The notes under the pieces are model-generated. The model ran no database searches, was not told the origin of the DNA, and saw only the letters and a program-made list of their open reading frames with translations. A DNA stretch of 64,000 nt from Chitinophagaceae bacterium (GTDB lineage Bacteria; Bacteroidota; Bacteroidia; Chitinophagales; Chitinophagaceae). Where the stretch lies: NCBI GenBank assembly GCA_024508725.1, contig JANINS010000001.1, positions 55,837 through 119,836 on the forward strand, written 5' to 3'. This document shows, piece after piece, positions 49,106 to 58,402 of this stretch (position 1 is the first letter of the stretch; every line of letters starts with the position of its first letter). A program made the translations under genes and the position numbers.

Positions 49106-50971
49106 TTATTTCAAACTATTGCTTATCAAACTGTTATTTACTCTTTGCAGGAAGGCTTTCAATAACCTTTCTTTATTCTTAGTATCTGGGGAACCAGTTT
49201 TTATGAGGTTGTTCTGCAGCATAGAATCTGACCGGTAACGATAATGAAATACCAATTGTTCATTTTGATCATCGTAGCCGAGAAAATCTGAAGAATCTAA
49301 GTATTGGTACACTCCATTTAGCCGGTTTACCGAAAATGAAGGGCCAGAACGATAAAAACTGTTGCCAAAGCTGGTGAATTGCCTGGAGTAGTTGAGTTTA
49401 TCAAGCAGTGAAGGAACGATATCCAATTGCTTTACTATACGATCTACAGGATTATACTGAGGATGCTGAGGATCGTAAATGAATAAGGGAATCCTGATCT
49501 CTGTAAGAATATTATCTGGCTTAGACTTAAAACGATAACCATGGTCTGCAACGAAAATAAAAATGGTGTTTGAAAACCATGGCTGGTGACTGATCTTAGC
49601 AAACAGCTGTTTAAAGCAGTAATCGACATAGGTTTTGCTATCCTGGTGTGGCCACTGACCCTGTACATGGATCTTTTTAGCCGTTTCATCAGGTATCTTA
49701 TAAGGTGTGTGGCTACTTAGATTGAACAGTACCGAAAAGAATGGCTGCTTTTTCTGAGAGACAACCTCACCAAAGTATTTGAAGAAATGCTCGTCATAAA
49801 TGCCCCAGTTCCCATCGTATTGGTCAGGATGCCTGCCATAAGTATCTTGGGAATAATATTCATCTATACCCACCATTTTACACAGCCTTGCAAAACCGAA
49901 ATGATCATACTCGGCACCCATAAAAAAACTGGTATTGTATCCCTGATCTTTTAAAATGTGTCCCAAGCCTTTAAAAGTGGTATTGGCATAGTTAGAAAGA
50001 TAGATGGGCTCGTCCATCACATCTGGCAAAGAACCAAGAATAGCAGGCAAGCCTTTGTTCGATTCCAGTGCATTGCAGTAAGCGTTATTGAATACAGTGC
50101 TGTGTTGCATCAGCGAATCAAAGAATGGCATATAAGCTTGCTGAGAGCCACCTTTAAAAAAATCTTTCGAAAAGCTTTCCAGCACAAACACAACAACATT
50201 TCGTTTGGTAAATGGAGAGTCGTGCTGATATTGATGATGAATGTTGTAGATGGAATCGAGTTGCTGATCATAGAAATAATGCTTCTTCTCAAGAACAGTT
50301 TGCCTTCGAAGAACTGAATAAATAAAATTGAATGTGGAGTTATTGATGAGGGGCTGTAGCCTGGCATCAAAATATAGTAAAGGTGTTGAAGGAAATATGG
50401 GACGATGTGCAAACCCTCTTGCAAAACCAAATGATAAACCCAACATCAATACAACAGAAGTGAAGTACAAGGTTAACCTTACCGGTTTATCAACATGAAC
50501 CTTCAATATTTTTTTAGCGATCGCTACAAACAAAATTGATGCTGCCAGGAAGATGAACAAAACATACCAATACTGTTTAAAGAAAGAACCAAAAGCTGAA
50601 GTGGAATCACCGAATACATCAACAAGATCAACGGTACTTCTGCGATGATTGTATTTGAAGTAAATGATGTCAATAAAATTAAGTGCGATAAATGGCAGGT
50701 TGATAATGCTGAAGATCGTTACGAGCAGCTTTTTCTTATACTTATACTGTACAAAAGGATCACAAAAGAAGTACAGCAATAAGAAGGGCAAATTGACATA
50801 TAACAACGATGCAAAATCTATCCGTATGCCCCAATAACAGAGTTTGGCAAAACCAGCTATCGTCCATTTTTCTGCAGAGAAATAAGTAAAAAGAAAAGCC
50901 AGCCTGAGCAATGCATAGATCACTAAAAGCAGTAAAAGCAATTTGCCTGTTATAGCCAGTCTTCTTCTCAT
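49106..50971 (-). CDS. LtaS-family (sulfatase-like, alkaline-phosphatase superfamily) integral membrane protein
   Basis: About five N-terminal TM helices followed by an extracytoplasmic sulfatase-like domain (VVFVLESFS...DHG). Overlaps the upstream gene by 4 nt. Confidence 0.65.
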   Translation of the reverse strand: MRRRLAITGKLLLLLLVIYALLRLAFLFTYFSAEKWTIAGFAKLCYWGIRIDFASLLYVNLPFLLLYFFCDPFVQYKYKKKLLVTIFSIINLPFIALNFIDIIYFKYNHRRSTVDLVDVFGDSTSAFGSFFKQYWYVLFIFLAASILFVAIAKKILKVHVDKPVRLTLYFTSVVLMLGLSFGFARGFAHRPIFPSTPLLYFDARLQPLINNSTFNFIYSVLRRQTVLEKKHYFYDQQLDSIYNIHHQYQHDSPFTKRNVVVFVLESFSKDFFKGGSQQAYMPFFDSLMQHSTVFNNAYCNALESNKGLPAILGSLPDVMDEPIYLSNYANTTFKGLGHILKDQGYNTSFFMGAEYDHFGFARLCKMVGIDEYYSQDTYGRHPDQYDGNWGIYDEHFFKYFGEVVSQKKQPFFSVLFNLSSHTPYKIPDETAKKIHVQGQWPHQDSKTYVDYCFKQLFAKISHQPWFSNTIFIFVADHGYRFKSKPDNILTEIRIPLFIYDPQHPQYNPVDRIVKQLDIVPSLLDKLNYSRQFTSFGNSFYRSGPSFSVNRLNGVYQYLDSSDFLGYDDQNEQLVFHYRYRSDSMLQNNLIKTGSPDTKNKERLLKAFLQRVNNSLISNSLK

Positions 50972-51750
50972 TTGTAATGCTTGCTCTTAATATTCACCAG
51001 GATAACCTTTACACGATCATTTTTCACCAGTTGCCGGAGATGTTCTCTATTAAAGTAATTATTGAAACTGATGGACCAGGTAATGATGTCTTTACCAGGA
51101 AATTGTTTTTGTAAAAAAGGCACATGAACATCTTCCTGGGATATAAAACTGATCTTTGGCGACATGGTTGATCTGAATTTCTCCCACTCTCCTGCTTTGT
51201 ATTTAGAGATCCAATCAGTGCGAATGTTCAAAGCGACCCAGTAATCATGTGCTGCAAGATAATTGGCAACAGTGGTATCATACAATTCGATGATCGCATT
51301 CATTTTGATCTTGTGCTGATGATCCAGGCTATACAGCACTTTTAAAATGTTGGCTGTATCTGACGCAGGTGTTTCTCTTGTATCCAGCCAGAACATAGAT
51401 CTATCAGGATCGACTCCTTTCAAAAATTTATCGAGTGTAATTGGTTTTCCTTCTAAAGGTGGATGATATACCAGGAATTTTCTTTTCCAGCTATCCCAAA
51501 CTATATCGGTTTCATAGCCGGCAAATTTGTCTTTAAGAATATTGAATCTTTCTTTTGAATCTACCCGGTGTACCCAGAGTTTGTTGAGACAACTATCGTT
51601 GATAAAATCGGCTTTGTTTTGCTGACAGGCTAAGCCTTTAAGTCTTGCGTATTGGAATTTAAAAATAAGTTCGTAGCGATAAGTCCAGCCAAAGAATGCA
51701 AGAATAATTAGCAGGAGTATGATGAACAGCTTTCGCATTGGATGGTTCAA
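50968..51750 (-). CDS. membrane-anchored hypothetical protein, possibly a GDPD/PI-PLC-like phosphodiesterase fold
   Basis: N-terminal TM helix. The motifs VHRVDS and GYETDIVW weakly resemble the GP-PDE HR...E.D blocks. Confidence in the family assignment is low. Confidence 0.35.
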   Translation of the reverse strand: MNHPMRKLFIILLLIILAFFGWTYRYELIFKFQYARLKGLACQQNKADFINDSCLNKLWVHRVDSKERFNILKDKFAGYETDIVWDSWKRKFLVYHPPLEGKPITLDKFLKGVDPDRSMFWLDTRETPASDTANILKVLYSLDHQHKIKMNAIIELYDTTVANYLAAHDYWVALNIRTDWISKYKAGEWEKFRSTMSPKISFISQEDVHVPFLQKQFPGKDIITWSISFNNYFNREHLRQLVKNDRVKVILVNIKSKHYK

Positions 51751-51857
51751 TGTTACAAATTTAAGTAACGCAAAAAATGCTTAGGCTATCGCAAAGTGTC
51801 GCAAAGCATCTTAGCGATCTCTGCGTGTACTTCTTTTTGTTGATTAGAATTGTTATT

Positions 51858-51898
51858 GTACAAGAGTCACGCTAAAAGACGTGATAACTGCGACGTAA
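51858..51898. repeat. long form (~41 bp) of the recurring element, inverted orientation
   Basis: GTACAAGAGTCACGCTAAAAGACGTGATAACTGCGACGTAAG. This is the reverse complement of the 7392..7430 copy with a few mismatches. Confidence 0.6.
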
Positions 51899-52043
51899 GA
51901 CAAGTTAAATAGTACCATCTCATCTAAGTAAATAATTTCTATAGCCATCGTCAGACCGGGACGGTCAGACGATTTCATCATCCATCCATCCATGAAATCG
52001 GTATAATCGTGGTTAAAAATCTTTTCACTAATGCAGTCTGCCT

Positions 52044-52077
52044 AACAAATAAAAATCCCGTCTCTTTCGAAACGGGA
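52044..52077 (-). terminator. rho-independent terminator after fusA
   Basis: On the minus strand the stem AATCCCGT..ACGGGATT is followed by TTTTATTTGTT. Confidence 0.65.
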
Positions 52078-52146
52078 TTCATTATAATGGAAGTGTTTAG
52101 TCTTCTTTTTTAAGTCAAACCAAGCCGGTCAGACTTTTGTTGAATC

Positions 52147-54297
52147 TTAGTCTTCAACTTTCACTTTACCCTTGCTCTTTGCAATCACTTCTTCAGCGAT
52201 GTTGTTTGGAGCTGGCGAGTAATGTGAGAACTCCATCGTAGAAGTTGCACGACCAGATGACATAGAACGAAGCTGGGTTACGTATCCGAACATTTCAGAA
52301 AGCGGAACTTTCGCTTTGATCACCTGTGCATTACCTCTTGTGTCCATACCTTCCAGCATACCACGACGACGGTTAAGGTCACCTGTAACATCCCCCATGT
52401 ACTGGTCAGGCGTTACAACCTCAACTTTCATGATCGGCTCAAGAAGTGTTGGTTTTGCTTTACGGCCAGCTTCACGGAAGCCAGACTTAGCACACAATTC
52501 GAAAGACATTGCATCAGAGTCAACCTGGTGGAATGAACCATCATAGATCCTGATCTTCATATTATCAACAGGATAACCTGCCAATACACCTGTACTCATT
52601 GCGGTTTCAAAACCTTTTTGAATCGCAGGATGGAATTCTTTTGGAATAGAACCTCCGAAGATGTCGTTCTTGAACTGGAATTGCTTACCAGGATTTTCAG
52701 TCAACCACTCTTTATCAGCAGGTCCCATTTCGAACATGATATCGGCGAACTTACCACGACCACCAGACTGCTTTTTCAGCACTTCACGGTGTTCAACAGT
52801 ATTTCCGAAAGCTTCTTTATAAGCCACCTGAGGATTACCCTGGTTTACTTCTACCTTGAACTCACGTCTCATACGATCAACGATGATCTCGAGGTGAAGT
52901 TCTCCCATTCCTGAAAGGATGGTTTGCCCAGTATCTTCATCAGTCTTAACTCTTAATGTAGGATCTTCTTCTACCAGCTTAGCGATAGCCATACCCATTT
53001 TGTCAACGTCAGCCTGGGTTTTAGGTTCAACCGCTACAGAGATTACAGGCTCAGGAATGAACATGTTCTCTAATACGATCGGATGGTTCTCATCACAAAG
53101 CGTATCTCCGGTTTTGATCTCTTTAAATCCAACTGCAGCTCCAATATCACCGGCTTCGATGAAGTCGATAGGATTCTGCTTGTTAGCGAACATTTTTAAG
53201 ATACGAGAGATCCTCTCGTTCTTACCGCTTCTCATGTTACGTACATAAGAACCAGCATCGAGGTGACCAGAATAGCACCTGAAAAATGCCAGACGACCAA
53301 CATAAGGATCGGTCATGATCTTGAAAGCCAATGCAGCGAAAGGCTCTTTAGGATCAGCTTTTCTTGTGATAGGCTCTCCTGAATCAGGATCTGTACCTAC
53401 AGTATCTTCAATATCTACCGGAGAAGGCAGGTAACGGCAAACCGCATCAAGTGCAGTTTGTACACCCTTGTTCTTGAATGAAGAACCGCACATCATAGGA
53501 ACGATAGAAAGATCGATGGTAGCTTTACGGATCGCTTCGTGAACTTCAGCTTCACTGATGGTATTAGGATCGTCGAAGAATTTCTCCATTAACTGATCAT
53601 CGTATTCAGCAACAGCTTCGATCAACTGAGCTCTCCAATGATTGGCTTCTTCCACCATATCAGCAGGAACATCGATCTCATCGAAGGTCATACCTTCTGT
53701 TTCAGCATGCCATACAATACCTTTCATTTTAATGAGGTCAACCACGCCTTTGAAGTTATCTTCAGCACCAATCGGCAATTGAAGTGGAACGGCTTTCGCA
53801 CCCAGCATTTCTCTTACCTGGTTTACCACCATTAAGAAATCTGCACCGGCACGGTCCATTTTGTTTACGAAACCGATACGGGGAACCTTGTAACGGTTAG
53901 CCTGGCGCCAAACTGTTTCTGACTGAGGCTCAACACCGTCAACTGCAGAGAACAAAGCGATCAGACCATCCAGAACACGCATAGAACGCTCTACCTCTAC
54001 GGTAAAATCCACGTGACCCGGAGTATCGATGATATTGAAATAATATTTTTTAGTATCTGCAGTTGGCTTACCCAGTACAGTTGGGAAGTTCCACTGGCAG
54101 CTTACGGCTGCTGAGGTGATGGTGATACCTCTTTCTTTTTCCTGCTCCATCCAGTCGGTAGTAGCAGCACCTTCGTGCACCTCACCAATCTTGTGGATCA
54201 TACCTGTATAGCGTAAGATACGCTCAGTAGTAGTGGTTTTACCAGCATCGATGTGAGCGGCAATACCAAAGTTTCTTTGAAGTTTTAAGTCAGCCAT
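52147..54297 (-). CDS. fusA: translation elongation factor G
   Basis: G-domain motifs [14 protein letters not shown] and NKMD, plus domains II-V. Confidence 0.95.
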   Translation of the reverse strand: MADLKLQRNFGIAAHIDAGKTTTTERILRYTGMIHKIGEVHEGAATTDWMEQEKERGITITSAAVSCQWNFPTVLGKPTADTKKYYFNIIDTPGHVDFTVEVERSMRVLDGLIALFSAVDGVEPQSETVWRQANRYKVPRIGFVNKMDRAGADFLMVVNQVREMLGAKAVPLQLPIGAEDNFKGVVDLIKMKGIVWHAETEGMTFDEIDVPADMVEEANHWRAQLIEAVAEYDDQLMEKFFDDPNTISEAEVHEAIRKATIDLSIVPMMCGSSFKNKGVQTALDAVCRYLPSPVDIEDTVGTDPDSGEPITRKADPKEPFAALAFKIMTDPYVGRLAFFRCYSGHLDAGSYVRNMRSGKNERISRILKMFANKQNPIDFIEAGDIGAAVGFKEIKTGDTLCDENHPIVLENMFIPEPVISVAVEPKTQADVDKMGMAIAKLVEEDPTLRVKTDEDTGQTILSGMGELHLEIIVDRMRREFKVEVNQGNPQVAYKEAFGNTVEHREVLKKQSGGRGKFADIMFEMGPADKEWLTENPGKQFQFKNDIFGGSIPKEFHPAIQKGFETAMSTGVLAGYPVDNMKIRIYDGSFHQVDSDAMSFELCAKSGFREAGRKAKPTLLEPIMKVEVVTPDQYMGDVTGDLNRRRGMLEGMDTRGNAQVIKAKVPLSEMFGYVTQLRSMSSGRATSTMEFSHYSPAPNNIAEEVIAKSKGKVKVED

Positions 54298-54322
54298 AAA
54301 GCTTTGAAATTTTTTCGAGCGG

Positions 54323-54330
54323 CAAAGGTA
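54323..54330 (-). promoter_or_regulatory. -7 box TAccTTTG upstream of fusA
   Basis: Same TACCTTTGC element as at the rpsJ promoter, about 25 nt before the ATG. No clear -33 TTTG was found. Confidence 0.4.
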
Positions 54331-54671
54331 GTGATTTCAGAAATTGGTTTTTGGTTGAATTTGAATTAAATAATTGTGTGGAAAAGTTAAAGGTGATAAG
54401 CAAATGTGCTGATGTGCAAATATGCTGATGTGCTAATGATGATGGTTGATAATCAGCGCTGAAGCTGAATTAAAGCCAAGACATACCCGAAACAAACCTG
54501 AGACTCACCTGAGACTTACCTGACACTAATATGAGGTAGGTATGGATTAGAGTTGAGGTGGGAAAGGCCGTGGATTCACATGGTATTTGAAAATAAACAA
54601 TAGTGAGTTACGACTAAGGTGTCTGACGGCTTTGAAGCGTCTGACACCTGTGAGAACCTTAAATTCGCAAC

Positions 54672-55169
54672 ATGTCAGCAAGAAAAGACTACATAACCTG
54701 GGATGAATATTTTATGGGTGTTGCACTGCTTAGTGGCAGGAGAAGCAAAGACCCGAGTACACAAGTTGGTGCATGCATTGTAAACAGTCAGAATAAAATT
54801 GTTGGAGCCGGTTATAATGGGTTGCCTATCGGTTGTAGTGATGCAGATTTTCCGTGGGAAAAGCAGGGTGATTTTTTAAACACGAAGTATCCTTACGTAT
54901 GCCATGCAGAGTTGAATGCGATCCTGAATAACATTGGAATGGATCTATCAGGCTGCAGAATTTATACAGCCTTATTTCCCTGTAATGAATGCAGCAAAGC
55001 CATTATTCAATCCGGCATTAAAGAAGTGATCTTTCTCAGCGATAAATACGATGGAACTGATGTTTCTATTGCCAGCAAAAAAATGCTGGACACTGCTGGA
55101 GTTGCCTACAGGAAAGTGATCGTACAGAGGGAATGCATTGAACTTTCTTTTAACGAGAAAGATGTTTAA
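54672..55169 (+). CDS. dCMP deaminase (cytidine/deoxycytidylate deaminase zinc-binding)
   Basis: Zinc-binding motifs HAE...PCNEC. Confidence 0.85.
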   Translation: MSARKDYITWDEYFMGVALLSGRRSKDPSTQVGACIVNSQNKIVGAGYNGLPIGCSDADFPWEKQGDFLNTKYPYVCHAELNAILNNIGMDLSGCRIYTALFPCNECSKAIIQSGIKEVIFLSDKYDGTDVSIASKKMLDTAGVAYRKVIVQRECIELSFNEKDV

Positions 55170-55198
55170 TATTCTAAAGGATGAATACTGCTTCTGCA

Positions 55199-55218
55199 GT
55201 ACAAGAGTGCGACGCAAC
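55199..55218. repeat. 20-bp recurring element, inverted orientation (GTACAAGAGTGCGACGCAAC)
   Basis: Exact reverse complement of the copies at 26846 and 42646. Confidence 0.7.
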
Positions 55219-55280
55219 GATGCTTGATCGGAGTTATTGAACCCTGTTCCAATAAAAAATATCTGGCTTATCTTTTTAAT

Positions 55281-55317
55281 AAAAAACCCTGCTAAAAAGC
55301 AGGGTTTTGTTTTTGGC
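55281..55317. terminator. bidirectional terminator between the dCMP deaminase gene and the porE-like gene
   Basis: Stem AACCCTGC / GCAGGGTT flanked by an A6 run and a T-run. Confidence 0.65.
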
Positions 55318-55326
55318 AAGCTATGT

Positions 55327-57390
55327 TTAGTTTGATAGCACTTTGAATTCTGTTCTCCTGTTCTTAGCTCTTCCTTCAGGATTGTCTTTCCCTTCCGGAG
55401 TAGTGTTAGGAGCTACAGGTTGTGTTTCACCATATCCTTTGCTTTGCAATCTCGCTACATCAATTCCTTTCTGTACAAGATAGTCGAGTACACTCTTCGC
55501 TCTTTTCTCAGAAAGCGACAGGTTATACTGATCAGATCCTTTACTGTCAGTATGTGCACTTACTTCAATCACCATCTTAGGATAGAAATTGAGTAATGAA
55601 ACAAGACTATCTAATGAAGGGAAAGACTCAGGCTTAAGTGTTGCCTTGTTGAAATCGTAGTATACGTTCTCCAAAACGATTGGTTTATTGATCTCGATTG
55701 GTGGAGGCGGTATCTTATTCAAACAAAGATTGGGATTGGTCATTGTTTCATCAAAATCATCTGCCGGAGCATTAAAGTTGAGATCCTTAGAATAGTATCC
55801 CTCTTTATTGGCTACTGCTGTTATTGGCTGGTAATCGTCCAATACCAATTCGTATCTACCATTACCATCTGTTGTTTTTGTGGAGATCGTTGTTCCTTTT
55901 GCATCTACAAAGTTTACTGTTACACCTGCAATTGGTGCATTGTCGGCACAATCAACGATAGCACCGTAGATCGTTCTCTTAGGACGAATCTTATTCAGAG
56001 CGAACATTTCCAAACAACATTCAGATGCTCTGTCTGAGCTTAGGTAAACATTGTCTAAAAGATCTTTCTCACCAGTACTTACCAGATAGATGTCGTCTTT
56101 TACAGAGTTAACAGGATAACCGAGGTTCACAGGAGTTTGCCATGCACCTACATTTCCTTTCGATTGAAAGAAATCAAACCCACCCATTCCTATTCCGCCA
56201 TTGGTAGAGAAGATGAGTGACTTACCCAGCTGGTAGTAGTAAGGAGCCTGTTCATCATCCGCAGTATTTACAGGAGCGCCAATATTTGTTGATGCACCTA
56301 ATACACCATTATCGATCGATGCCACCCAGATATCGAACTTACCGGCACCACCTGGCTTGTTTGAAGCATAGAACAGATATTTTCCATCTGCCGTTACAGA
56401 TGGTTGTTGTGAACTATAGCCTGCAACATTTACATCGCCTGCTACTAAAACAGGTTCACTCCATTTTCCATTGGTCTTTGTGCTCTGATATATCTGTGCG
56501 ATCTTAGAAGTAGTCTTACCGCTCCATTTGGTTAAATACATGGTATTACCATCTGGAGTGAAAGCAGATACTCCCTGGTGGTTATCATTTTCCTGTTTCA
56601 TGTTCACCAATTGAACATTGGTTCCATTATCATCAACTGTTGTCCAGTAAAGGCGATTAATGTAGGGAGCTTTCTTATCGTTACTGTCTTTTCTTGTAGA
56701 AGTAAAAACAAGATTTCTGTCTAAAAGCACCGGTGCATAATTGGCGCCATGTGGATTGATGTTACCACTGAGTTTATTGACTGTGTAATATTTGAGGTCT
56801 CTTTTCTTCATCTGTGCATTGATGAAAGAAATGTTCTGCAATTCTTTTTTTGCATCTGCTTTTGCTGTCTCGTCAGTTGTTTCGCTGATGAACTGATTGA
56901 ATTCTTTTTCAGCCTCGTCGAATTTAGAATTCGACTTTAAGCTTTTCGCATAGTAATATCTTGCTAAGGGATATTCAGTACCATAACCGGAAGCTTCCTG
57001 GTAATAAGGCTCAGACTTTACAGGATTATTGAGCAAACGATAACTTTCTGCAACCTTATACACTACCTGGTGACGGCTTCCGCCACTGATCGGCTTTTGT
57101 TTGGTTGATGTTTGTCTTTGTCCAACATAAGGATTGAACTGAGCACCTGTTGTATCAATTTTACCCTGCAACACTCTTTCGTAATAACGAGCTGCAGAAT
57201 AATAATCTCCTTTGGCAAAAAAATCTTCCGCTGCTTTCAGATAATCATTTGCTGTTTGAGCATTAACGAAACCGGCAGCAAGCATCATACAACAGCCCAA
57301 AGTCAATTTTATTGTATGATCAAAAACTCTTTTCATGCAGTTAGAATAAATGGAATTAAGAAAATAAGAACCGATTACAATCTTGGACAT
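55327..57390 (-). CDS. PorE-like T9SS-associated protein (TPR, PD40/WD40-like beta-propeller, CarboxypepD_reg-like and OmpA_C domains)
   Basis: TPR-like N-terminus, Tol-type propeller repeats, a CRD-like segment (IYGAIVDCADNAPIAGVTV..DGNGRYEL) and an OmpA_C peptidoglycan-binding domain (SAHTDS.GS..YN..LS..RA). The probable start is the internal MKRVF. Confidence 0.7.
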   Translation of the reverse strand: MSKIVIGSYFLNSIYSNCMKRVFDHTIKLTLGCCMMLAAGFVNAQTANDYLKAAEDFFAKGDYYSAARYYERVLQGKIDTTGAQFNPYVGQRQTSTKQKPISGGSRHQVVYKVAESYRLLNNPVKSEPYYQEASGYGTEYPLARYYYAKSLKSNSKFDEAEKEFNQFISETTDETAKADAKKELQNISFINAQMKKRDLKYYTVNKLSGNINPHGANYAPVLLDRNLVFTSTRKDSNDKKAPYINRLYWTTVDDNGTNVQLVNMKQENDNHQGVSAFTPDGNTMYLTKWSGKTTSKIAQIYQSTKTNGKWSEPVLVAGDVNVAGYSSQQPSVTADGKYLFYASNKPGGAGKFDIWVASIDNGVLGASTNIGAPVNTADDEQAPYYYQLGKSLIFSTNGGIGMGGFDFFQSKGNVGAWQTPVNLGYPVNSVKDDIYLVSTGEKDLLDNVYLSSDRASECCLEMFALNKIRPKRTIYGAIVDCADNAPIAGVTVNFVDAKGTTISTKTTDGNGRYELVLDDYQPITAVANKEGYYSKDLNFNAPADDFDETMTNPNLCLNKIPPPPIEINKPIVLENVYYDFNKATLKPESFPSLDSLVSLLNFYPKMVIEVSAHTDSKGSDQYNLSLSEKRAKSVLDYLVQKGIDVARLQSKGYGETQPVAPNTTPEGKDNPEGRAKNRRTEFKVLSN

Positions 57391-58376
57391 ACGAACTGCT
57401 CTTCTTCAGCTTTGAATGCTTTTCTACCGATCCATGATAGAGATATTTCAAAGCTGTTAGCCTTACCTGTCATTCTTCCAAGATCAGAAACGTTGAAATC
57501 GTAGCTGGCTCCTAACACAAAATTCTTGTGATAGAATCCAACATACGGTGCAAAAGCATCTTTAAAACGGTAGTTCGCACCAAAAAGGAAATCGCTTGTT
57601 TCGCTGGCTTTTAACTGTGCATAAGCACCAAGCATGGTTTCTTTCGCATTGCCCTGCGTCATATACAGGAAGTTTGGCGTGATGCTCCAGTTCTCGTTCA
57701 CAACATATCTTAAACCACCATGAATGTTCACACGCATTGGCAATTTCGCATCCGAATCTTTGATGAAATCGTCTGTTGGTTGTGTAAGATGGTTCACCGA
57801 TATACCTCCGTAGAAGTTTGCTTTTTTATTTGGCTTACCGTCGATGTATAAAGCACCGGCACCCATATCGAACATGGTAGCACTGGTTCTTGAGAATATT
57901 TCTGAGCTTGGATTGGTAACTCCTGTAGCAGGATTCCAATTCTCTCCCAAAGTAAATTTAGAAGGATCGAATCTACGGCTGATCAATCCTGCCTGCATTC
58001 CAAACACTACTCTTTGTGTATTGTTTGTTCCAAAACGAATTCCACTATACGAGGCAGAGCCGTAAGCAGTAAGATAATTATAGCCTGCATTGCCTGCATT
58101 CTGGTTCATGATACTTGCACCAAAGCTGATGTTCTTTTCGGTGTTCATATCAAATGAAACGCCTGGTGTACTAAATGGAGTGCTAATGCCAGACCATTGA
58201 TTACGATAGATACCGGTTACCCGGTAAGTGCCATCGAATACACCCGTTAGTGCAGGATTTAGAAATGAGGGATACACATAGAACTGAGAAAAATGCGGAT
58301 CAACCTGTGCCATTCCATTCTTCCCCATCACAAGCAGCAGCACCATAAAGGAAGCTACCTTCAAAAAACCTTTCAT
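57375..58376 (-). CDS. PorP/SprF-family type IX secretion system membrane protein
   Basis: Has a signal peptide, the hallmark DPHFSQFYVYPSFLNPALTG, and a beta-barrel-like C-terminus. Confidence 0.85.
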   Translation of the reverse strand: MKGFLKVASFMVLLLVMGKNGMAQVDPHFSQFYVYPSFLNPALTGVFDGTYRVTGIYRNQWSGISTPFSTPGVSFDMNTEKNISFGASIMNQNAGNAGYNYLTAYGSASYSGIRFGTNNTQRVVFGMQAGLISRRFDPSKFTLGENWNPATGVTNPSSEIFSRTSATMFDMGAGALYIDGKPNKKANFYGGISVNHLTQPTDDFIKDSDAKLPMRVNIHGGLRYVVNENWSITPNFLYMTQGNAKETMLGAYAQLKASETSDFLFGANYRFKDAFAPYVGFYHKNFVLGASYDFNVSDLGRMTGKANSFEISLSWIGRKAFKAEEEQFVCPRL

Positions 58377-58402
58377 GGTAGTTGGTTTAAGTATTTAAAA
58401 TC

